Below are positions 19,865-26,729 of a stretch of 32,000 bases of DNA, one piece after another. How positions within the stretch are numbered: position 1 is the stretch's first letter; every line of letters starts with the position of its first letter. Below the pieces are notes generated by a model. That model did not search any database, was not told the DNA's origin, and saw only the letters and a program-made list of their open reading frames with translations. Origin of the DNA: Staphylothermus hellenicus DSM 12710. GTDB lineage: Archaea > Thermoproteota > Thermoprotei_A > Sulfolobales > Desulfurococcaceae. Location of the stretch: the NCBI RefSeq assembly GCF_000092465.1, contig NC_014205.1:240001-272000 (forward strand), read 5' to 3'. Position numbers and translations under genes: made by a program.

Positions 19865-21052
19865 ATGAGAAAGCTAATCATATACTTATTAATACTAGCA
19901 ATACTGCTCTATCCAGCTTATACTGGAGCAATAAAAACCAGTATCTCCAGTGTTATAGTAACAGATGCTCTAGGTAGAACAATAGTTTTAAACAAAACAC
20001 CTGAGAAAGTAGTATCATTGGCTCCAAGCATAACTGAAACATTATTCTATCTAGGATTACAAAGATTTATTGTTGGAGTTGATAACATATCATATACCGA
20101 TCCATATTTTGGCATTGAAGAATATGTTAAAAACCATAATATCTCACCAGTCGGAGGATACTGGTGGAGCACAATATCCGTTGAGAAAATACTAGCATTA
20201 AACCCAGATATAGTGTTTGCTGACAAAGGAGCACACCAACCCTTACTAAACGTGCTAGAACAATATAATATCACAGTAGTATATCTCAACGGAGGCTCAG
20301 CTAAATCCATACAAGATATATATTCTGATTTAGACATTATCGCACAAGTATTCAATGTATCAAGTAATAAAATATCAGAGTTCATAAATGATCTCGAAAC
20401 AGAAATCAATAAGTATCATAACTTAATCGCTGAGAAAGGAACAATTAAGGCATTGGCTGTAGTAGGAATTTATAATGGAATATGGGTTGCAGGTAAATCA
20501 ACATATATAGATGACCTATTAAGTAGGCTAGGACTAATCAATGCTGCAGAAACAATTGGTTGGAAAGCTGTCAATATCGAAACCATTGCGGAATGGAATC
20601 CAGACATAATACTGGTTACAAGTACTGGGATCGATAATCAAACTCTTAGAAACGCTGGATTATACGATCTAGGCGTTCCAGTAGTATTGCTTAATCAAAC
20701 AATAACCGATGCACTGAGCAGACCGAGTCCCTTAATAATTAATGTGCCAAGAATGATCTATAGTATTATAGATGAATATTTTGGAAGCAAAACAGTGACA
20801 ACTACAACCACTACTACAACTACTACAACAATCACCACCACGACAACAATGACGACTACTACAACAACCACTACTATGGCCACAACCAGTATAGAATCAA
20901 CAACTACAAATTCACCAAGCAATTCCATACATACCGCTACTGAGAAAGAGGTAGAGAAAGGAACAGATTATATAATGATAACTATACTCGTTGTCTCAGC
21001 GTTTATTATAGGCTTACTACTAGGTTATGCATTGTTCAGAAAAACAAGGTGA
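19865..21052 (+). CDS. ABC transporter substrate-binding protein (Fe3+-siderophore/cobalamin type) with Thr-rich stalk and C-terminal membrane anchor
   Basis: Signal/TM N-terminus. VVSLAPSITETLFYLG and DIVF motifs of Peripla_BP_2. A poly-Thr linker is followed by a hydrophobic C-terminal helix plus RKTR. Confidence 0.8.
   Translation: MRKLIIYLLILAILLYPAYTGAIKTSISSVIVTDALGRTIVLNKTPEKVVSLAPSITETLFYLGLQRFIVGVDNISYTDPYFGIEEYVKNHNISPVGGYWWSTISVEKILALNPDIVFADKGAHQPLLNVLEQYNITVVYLNGGSAKSIQDIYSDLDIIAQVFNVSSNKISEFINDLETEINKYHNLIAEKGTIKALAVVGIYNGIWVAGKSTYIDDLLSRLGLINAAETIGWKAVNIETIAEWNPDIILVTSTGIDNQTLRNAGLYDLGVPVVLLNQTITDALSRPSPLIINVPRMIYSIIDEYFGSKTVTTTTTTTTTTTITTTTTMTTTTTTTTMATTSIESTTTNSPSNSIHTATEKEVEKGTDYIMITILVVSAFIIGLLLGYALFRKTR
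20798..20889 (+). repeat. poly-threonine coding low-complexity tract (ACN codon run)
   Basis: TTTTTTTTTTTITTTTTMTTTTTTTTMATT is encoded by mixed ACA/ACT/ACC/ACG codons. Confidence 0.9.
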
Positions 21053-21063
21053 TCAATTGAGCC

Positions 21064-22017
21064 ATGAATACTAGGACAATATTTATTTTAATCTCTACTT
21101 TTTTACTCATATTATTATTTATAACTATGTATTTTTCTATATATGGAGGTCATCCATTAAGCGTTCTTGTTTTAAAATATAGGTTTTATAGAGTGATCGA
21201 AGCTGTTACTGCAGGTTTTGTACTGGGATTTGCTGGAGCTTATTTACAGGCTAGTTTGAGAAATCCTCTTGTAGACCATTATATTCTAGGTATTGGTAGT
21301 GGAGCTCTTTTCACTGTTTATTTAGCTTACTTGTTATTCTCATCTGTCCAGCTATTAGTTTATTCATCAATAGCTATTATTGGAGGATTAACAGCATTAG
21401 CGATCACGGTGCTCATAGCTGAATCTATTGGGGGAGGAGCAACATCTTATGTATTAGCGGGTCTCGGCGTTAACTCGTTGTTTTCAGGCTTATCTGTTCT
21501 ATTATCATATTTTATATTAACAGTTAACCCATACGCATTATATTTACTTGTAGGCTCATTTATTGTTGCATCTCCTGCTTATCTCCCAATAATAATTTTC
21601 TCTATAATACTTGTTGTAACGGGTTATTTCCCACTGGCTAAGCCGTTGAATGCTCTTATACTAGGTGATGAATATGCTTATCAACTAGGATATAATCCTA
21701 GAATATATCGTTTAGCATCTATTCTATTAGCTGGAATATCTTCCTCGCTCATAGTTAGTTGTTTTGGATTAATCGGTTTTCTAGGATTAGTAGCACCACA
21801 TATTGCTAGGCTATTGGTGAGAAGCAGTGATAATCGATACGTATTGTTTTTATCTGGTCTACTAGCTTCTATACTATTGTTGATAACCGATGATATCTCT
21901 AGAATACTCCTAGTATCAGTGACAGGAGAAGTTCCTGCAGGAGCTATAGTATCGGTCTTTGGCGCACCATTCTTTCTCTTCCTCATAGTTTCTCGTAGAA
22001 GAGGTGGGGTGAGATAA
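21064..22017 (+). CDS. ABC transporter permease, FecCD/BtuC family
   Basis: 317 aa, about 9-10 TM helices. GLIGFLGLVAPHIAR motif typical of FecCD. Confidence 0.85.
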   Translation: MNTRTIFILISTFLLILLFITMYFSIYGGHPLSVLVLKYRFYRVIEAVTAGFVLGFAGAYLQASLRNPLVDHYILGIGSGALFTVYLAYLLFSSVQLLVYSSIAIIGGLTALAITVLIAESIGGGATSYVLAGLGVNSLFSGLSVLLSYFILTVNPYALYLLVGSFIVASPAYLPIIIFSIILVVTGYFPLAKPLNALILGDEYAYQLGYNPRIYRLASILLAGISSSLIVSCFGLIGFLGLVAPHIARLLVRSSDNRYVLFLSGLLASILLLITDDISRILLVSVTGEVPAGAIVSVFGAPFFLFLIVSRRRGGVR

Positions 22018-22787
22018 TAAGATTTGAAAATGTAACAGTTAAGTATAGAGGAGTAATTACTGCTCTTAAAAACATAGATATTACTATAAAAGAACACATG
22101 GTAACATGTATTATCGGACCTAATGGCGCTGGAAAAACAACGTTGTTAAAAACAATTGCTAAAATAACAAGTTATGATGGATCAATATATATTGATGGAA
22201 GAGAACTACGTGAATATCCTCTCAGAACTATTTCGAAGCTAATATCTTATGTTTCACAAATAGAAGCTGTAGACATATTATCACTTACAGTTAAAGAAGC
22301 ATTATTAACAGCTAGGTATCCAGTATCTAAAGCTTTCTTCGAGACAAGCGAGGATCTCAGAATAGTAGAGGAGGTTTCAAAAATGCTACAAATAAATGAT
22401 CTACTTGATAGAAGACTCAGCGAGCTAAGCTCTGGAGAGCTTCAAAGAGTTGTGCTTGGCCTTGGACTAGTTAAGAAGCCGAAATATCTATTACTGGATG
22501 AACCAGATAACCACATGGATCTAAACTATAAGGCTCGCTTAATGGAATGGATCAGGGATTGGAGAAGGTTTTCAAACATTATATTAACAACGCATGATAT
22601 AATGTTTGGCACTGATATAGGCGAATACTTTGTAATACTACATAGAGGAACGCCTGTCTTTATTGGAGATAAGAATGACTTATTAAAACACTATGATATC
22701 CTAGAAAAAATCTATGGTGTCAAAATTGCTAGGATAAGTGTTAACGGCAAAACTCGTTTAGTACCATTATATGAGATAATATCATAG
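22014..22787 (+). CDS. ABC transporter ATP-binding protein. The 5' end is extended beyond the tracked ATG.
   Basis: Walker A GPNGAGKTT, signature LSSGELQRV, Walker B LLLDEP, H-loop TTHD. The conserved N-terminal strand/A-loop (IRFENVTVKYRG) is encoded in frame upstream of ATG 22098. There the only start-like codons are ATA 22014 and ATA 22017. Confidence 0.75.
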   Translation: MIRFENVTVKYRGVITALKNIDITIKEHMVTCIIGPNGAGKTTLLKTIAKITSYDGSIYIDGRELREYPLRTISKLISYVSQIEAVDILSLTVKEALLTARYPVSKAFFETSEDLRIVEEVSKMLQINDLLDRRLSELSSGELQRVVLGLGLVKKPKYLLLDEPDNHMDLNYKARLMEWIRDWRRFSNIILTTHDIMFGTDIGEYFVILHRGTPVFIGDKNDLLKHYDILEKIYGVKIARISVNGKTRLVPLYEIIS

Positions 22788-23375
22788 AACCTTGTATAGA
22801 GAAAATAATAGTATTGAGTCATAGATGTATTTCCGGTAATGATTCCACAGGATAAACAATGAATCATTCTCAACAAGATCTCTGACTAGCCTCTCATACT
22901 TGATAGCTAGTTCTCCAGGCAATCCCGGAATATCTATTTTATCCCCAATAGTATATCCTATGATTTCTAGAGAGCCTGGATCCATTGTATATATCACTAT
23001 GTAGTCTCGGAATCTCAGGATCTTATATTTTATATCCTCCAAGATCCCTTGTGGAAAACCATTCATTGAGACAAGAACTTGTTTTCCTAAATCATACCTA
23101 TTAATTACTAGTCCCCGCAATGTTTCGGAGGCTTGTTCGCTTATGCAGACACTATAGTTTGTTTTATGGAGAAAACCTTTATCCACCAATTTATTAATTC
23201 TACTACGGGTTTTTCTCTCAGTATATCCCAGTGTTTTATATACAAATACTCTTCCAGCGCATTTGTTTTCATAATATATTAGAATAATGGATAAATACTT
23301 GATCTTATCCTGCTCACTCATTCCAGGCAATTCGTTGATTAGCCTAGCTAATTGCTCCATATCTATACTGTTCAA
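22782..23375 (-). CDS. putative wHTH transcriptional regulator with uncharacterised C-terminal domain
   Basis: LGYTERKTRSRINKLVDKGFL wHTH-like segment. 197 aa. Overlaps the upstream isochorismatase-like gene by 4 nt. Confidence 0.45.
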   Translation of the reverse strand: MNSIDMEQLARLINELPGMSEQDKIKYLSIILIYYENKCAGRVFVYKTLGYTERKTRSRINKLVDKGFLHKTNYSVCISEQASETLRGLVINRYDLGKQVLVSMNGFPQGILEDIKYKILRFRDYIVIYTMDPGSLEIIGYTIGDKIDIPGLPGELAIKYERLVRDLVENDSLFILWNHYRKYIYDSILLFSLYKVL

Positions 23376-23920
23376 GCCTTACTCCCAAGAAGCTTGAGTG
23401 CCTCCTTTGTATCTACTATTTTAGCTCCATAGTTTTTCTCCATATATTTCAAAGCATATTCGTGGTCTTCCCGGCTGAAGGCTGCTACAGCATCTTTTAC
23501 AACGTATATATTGTATCCATAATAGAATGCATCCCATGCTGTGTGTAGAACACATATATGTGTATGTATTCCTGTTAAGAATACTGTGTCTATTCCTAGA
23601 TCTCTCAATAACATGTCTAGCCCGGTATCTCTGAAGCCGCTATAGCTCCTCTTATATAATACATAGTCCCTACTTGTTGGTTCAAGTTCTTTTATTATTC
23701 TTGATTCTTCACTATTTATTAATGCGTGTTCACCCCATAGTTTGAGTTCGTGATCTACTGGGAAATGCCTGTCAGCAACATATATTACTGGGATACCATT
23801 GTTTCTCGCAGTATCTATTAGTTTCTTAATGTTTGGAACAATTTTTTCAGCATCAGGGCTCTTAAGTCTTCCATGAACAAATTCTTCAAGCATATCAATA
23901 ACTATTAGTGCAGGCTTCAC
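23372..23920 (-). CDS. isochorismatase-family cysteine hydrolase (nicotinamidase-like)
   Basis: ALIVIDM (catalytic Asp region), KRSYSGF (Lys), and GIHTHICVLHTA (catalytic Cys). 182 aa. Confidence 0.75.
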   Translation of the reverse strand: MKPALIVIDMLEEFVHGRLKSPDAEKIVPNIKKLIDTARNNGIPVIYVADRHFPVDHELKLWGEHALINSEESRIIKELEPTSRDYVLYKRSYSGFRDTGLDMLLRDLGIDTVFLTGIHTHICVLHTAWDAFYYGYNIYVVKDAVAAFSREDHEYALKYMEKNYGAKIVDTKEALKLLGSKA

Positions 23921-23986
23921 AGGATATCACCTCTACATGAAAAATATTGTTTTCCGAGAATAACTATTTACATATAAGGCTTTATA

Positions 23987-24937
23987 TCATGTTTTTCTAC
24001 GGGGAACAATGAATTTCTTCCCATTATACTCTGCTATCATTGTTTTCCCAGTCTTCAATAGTTTATCTAGTATTTCCTCGAAGTTGGCGCCTCTCTTATC
24101 AGCTATGTATTTTAAATAGTCAAGTCTTATTGGGTGAACATTTATTGTTCTTAAAACCTCTTCTACAAGGTTTTCTGAGAATTTGAATAGGGGTTGCTCA
24201 GGATAATTTAGCACTTCTACTCTGTTCTCTCCAAGTTTTTCAGCGAAAATATTGTATGCGATCAAGAAATCATCCTTGTCGGGTATAGTAACGAATTTTT
24301 CTGCTGGAGGCCTTATGGGTGCTTGAATATATGCTTTATCAAATCTTATATTTGAGAGATAATCCGCTATTCCCTCGTATTCTTCGATACTGGTATTCAT
24401 GTTTTTGACAAGCATTGTTTCAGTTATTAATTTTCCACGGTATTTCTTCGAGAAATTAATTATTCCCTCGAGAATTTTTTCAAGCGATAGCTCGGGATGG
24501 GGTCTGTTAAGTTTTCTCCAAGTCTCCTCGTTTACAGTATCTACTTTTACAGAGACTATATCAAATAATAATAGGTCTTCGACAACGTCTTCCCTATATA
24601 TTAGAGAAGCATTTGTAAATATTGCTAATGGAACACTTATCCTCTCCTTGATCAACCTAGCTTCTAATCCAAGGTTTTTATCAAGTGTGGGTTCACCATT
24701 TGGAACAAAAGATACCACATCAGGCTTCTTCTCCTCAACCTCTCTAATAACAGCTTCAACAAGCTTGTAGGGGTCATAAAAACTTATCCTATCAATAATA
24801 AGCCTAGTTGTCCTTCCAGCCTGGCAATATACACAGCTATAACTACAATACTTGTTATAAACATTATTTACACCCAAACTCAAACCAAGCCTCCTAGAAG
24901 GAACAGGTCCAAAAACAATACTATCCATAGCCACCAC
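23987..24937 (-). CDS. radical SAM protein (FGPVPSRRLG-type, function unknown)
   Basis: CSYSCVYCQAG CxxxCxxC motif about 30 aa from the N-terminus. 316 aa. Confidence 0.75.
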   Translation of the reverse strand: MVAMDSIVFGPVPSRRLGLSLGVNNVYNKYCSYSCVYCQAGRTTRLIIDRISFYDPYKLVEAVIREVEEKKPDVVSFVPNGEPTLDKNLGLEARLIKERISVPLAIFTNASLIYREDVVEDLLLFDIVSVKVDTVNEETWRKLNRPHPELSLEKILEGIINFSKKYRGKLITETMLVKNMNTSIEEYEGIADYLSNIRFDKAYIQAPIRPPAEKFVTIPDKDDFLIAYNIFAEKLGENRVEVLNYPEQPLFKFSENLVEEVLRTINVHPIRLDYLKYIADKRGANFEEILDKLLKTGKTMIAEYNGKKFIVPRRKT

Positions 24938-25391
24938 TACATCACCAATACCAATCCATAGATTTACTTAACATAACAAACATAAACCAAAATAATCATT
25001 TCCAAAACCAGATCAACACTAGATAAGATAAGAAATAGAGATTTGAAAACTTATAATTTAGAAATCACCACCTTAGAACCCTGGTTTTGTCAATGAATGT
25101 ATAGGCCACTCTAGTTGTTCATGATAAATCTCTCCAATCCCCTTCAATGAATAAGAACAATAGATAGCTCATCATACCAAAAACAACCCTTTTAATACCA
25201 GAAAGAAATATTAACCCGATAAAAACGTTCAATCCGATGATAACTATTTATAAAAGGATCTTATCATAACATTCTAGGAAAGATTATTATTTCGCCGTTA
25301 TACCTAATTATTTATGCTGAGAATTTAAAGCCCCTTTATAAACCATAATTAATATGCATAGTTAATATAATTGTTTAAACAGAAGATAAAA

Positions 25392-25476
25392 GGGTTCCTG
25401 GTGGTTTATGTGGAGCTCCAATAGGTCCCTCATCGAGGGAATGAAAACCCGATCCAAGAGGGGGAGCTCATACAAA
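25392..25476 (+). ncRNA. GC-rich structured block A (possible H/ACA-like guide RNA; unassigned)
   Basis: GGAGCTCC (25412-19) can pair with GGAGCTC (25463-69), and ACA follows at 25472-74. Inner hairpin TCCCTC-ATC-GAGGGA (25426-40). The ATGA-containing loop is K-loop-like. Confidence 0.3.
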
Positions 25477-25507
25477 ACTAATACACTAGCAACCATAAAA
25501 TATTATT

Positions 25508-25566
25508 GGATGATGAGCGACTTCGGTGTTGAGCTTATGCGATGAAGAACCGTGTGAGGGCTGATA
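25508..25566 (+). ncRNA. C/D-box sRNA (2'-O-methylation guide)
   Basis: C box ATGATGA 25510-16; 12-nt guide; D' TTGA 25529-32; 9-nt spacer; C' ATGAAGA 25542-48; 12-nt guide; D box CTGA 25561-64. A T-rich tract (TATTTTGTTT) follows. Confidence 0.65.
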
Positions 25567-25584
25567 TTTTGTTTAATAATTTAA

Positions 25585-25760
25585 CGCCCCCTCTGCTCAG
25601 GCGGGCTTACTGCCTATGGGGGTGGCTATAGTCTTCGGATGTGGGGCCTTCTGGGGTTGTCCTGAAAGGGAGCAAGCTCCTCTAAGGGGTGATGGGCTCA
25701 AAGCCTATGCAGACTAAACCCCACAGTTGACGTATATACATGTGGGGAAAGCGCTTCATT
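25585..25760 (+). ncRNA. GC-rich structured block C, unassigned RNA of about 175 nt
   Basis: Multiple strong helices: CGCCCCC/GGGGGTG (25585-91/25617-23), a CTTCGG loop (25633-38), TCCT-GAAA-GGGA (25660-71), and GGGGTT/AACCCC (25653-58/25717-22) followed by ACA. There is no ORF. Confidence 0.4.
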
Positions 25761-26079
25761 GAGAGCATTCAGCTATATCGTGGAGAAACCAAAACCAAAA
25801 GAATACACAGTAAACTATGCTGATAGAACACAGCTCTTAAAACGCTAAAAACGATCAAATTTATGAAAACACATAATATTTTCCTAACCAGTTTCTTCAT
25901 TGTATAGTTCCAATACTTAACTAATGAATGAATTACTTAATCAAGAATTTTCAGAAACAAAATATTTCTGCTTAGTAAAAAATACTGTGCTGATACACAA
26001 TATTATGTTTAGCCTATATTTATGAAAGAGAACTTTATAATATGAGAAACACATAGACTGTATATATGGTGTATATACC

Positions 26080-26331
26080 ATGAGCGATTTAATAACCGTT
26101 AGAGTTCCCCGCGAAATTAAGGAGAAGATGAGGAAATACCGCAATATTAACTGGAGCGAAGTTGTGAGAAAAGCCATTCTAGAGAGATTAGCAATTGAAG
26201 AGGCTAGGGAAAAGAAATTGATGGCTTCTAAAGTTATGGATAGTATTAGGGAAAAAATTCTTAGAACACATGGTCCAACAAATTATGATTCATCAGAGGC
26301 GATTAGGTATTGGAGAGAGTTAAGAAAATAG
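26080..26331 (+). CDS. vapB: VapB-type antitoxin (ribbon-helix-helix/CopG-like)
   Basis: N-terminal MSDLITVRVPREIKEKM (RHH beta-strand). 83 aa. A PIN-domain reading frame follows immediately and overlaps it. Confidence 0.8.
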   Translation: MSDLITVRVPREIKEKMRKYRNINWSEVVRKAILERLAIEEAREKKLMASKVMDSIREKILRTHGPTNYDSSEAIRYWRELRK

Positions 26332-26497
26332 TTGTTGATGCCAGTGTTGCTGTAAAATGGTTTGTGCCTGAAAAGAACTATGAAAAAGCGTTGTGATCCG
26401 TGATAAATATATTAATGGAGAGTTAGAAATCTACGCACCAAACCTATTAATCTATGAAGTTGCAAATGCTTTAAAACTTCGTAGAACCTATAAACTT
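26310..26497 (+). pseudogene. vapC: vapC (PIN-domain toxin) 5' stump: frameshifted and truncated
   Basis: MERVKKIVVDASVAVKWFVPEKNYEKAL* (first PIN Asp) continues in another frame from 26393 as IRDKYINGELEIYAPNLLIYEVANALKLRRTYKL (PIN Glu). The PIN-like sequence ends at 26497, where IS-derived sequence starts. Confidence 0.75.
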
Positions 26498-26729
26498 ACC
26501 GTTTGTCCCTACCGTATCATTCTATATTTATGTATCTTCGGTGAGGACTTCCACCTCTCCCATAGTCTTTTCTCGAAGGCTATGGGGTCATGGGCGGCTG
26601 TCGAGGCCAACGGCACGGGCCTCCCATCTACGGTGATCCCTAGGGGTTTTGGAGCATTGCTCCCATCAACCCCTAGAGCATAAACCAACACAAGAAAACA
26701 TAATCCAAAAAACTTAAAGCTTACTGCCC
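26498..26729 (-). mobile_element. tnpB-less mini-derivative (MITE/PATE-like) of the neighbouring IS: an LE stub fused to the terminal 179 bp
   Basis: 26498-26676 is the reverse complement of 30158-30336 (10 mismatches, no indels by eye). 26685-26729 aligns with 28808-28870 upstream of tnpB. The junction lies at a CTAGGG microhomology. Confidence 0.7.

Noticed and set aside
25585-25760. Calling block C the SRP (7S) RNA gene
   Set aside because: Only the GAAA-GGGAGCAAGC segment resembles SRP helix 8. The 5' CAGG side, helix 6 and the Alu domain are not evident. The GC-rich block is about 175 nt rather than about 300 nt, and its flanks are AT-rich. I keep it as unassigned pending a covariance-model search.
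25392-25760. Idea that blocks A and C are exons of one RNA interrupted by an intron hosting the C/D sRNA
   Set aside because: I found no bulge-helix-bulge motif at the would-be junctions, and no convincing long-range pairing between A and C. The single 8-bp complement (25540-47 with 25754-61) is within chance expectation.
25941-26177. Tracked 78-aa - strand ORF and an AT-rich C/D-like box pair (ATGAATGA 25923-30 ... CTGA 25990-93)
   Set aside because: The ORF overlaps the vapB start antisense and is low complexity. The box pair is imperfect, 70 nt apart, and lies in very AT-rich sequence unlike the other sRNA candidates.
26393-26683. Tracked 96-aa + strand ORF
   Set aside because: It is a chimera. 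The first 35 codons are the frameshifted vapC 5' stump. The rest is antisense read-through of the IS right-end copy (26498-26676). It is not a real gene.
26509-26691. Tracked 60-aa - strand ORF (MLVYALGVDGSNAPKPLG...)
   Set aside because: It is the orphaned last ~55 codons of tnpB carried by the mini-element, with a fortuitous start. I treat it as part of the mobile-element remnant, not as a CDS.
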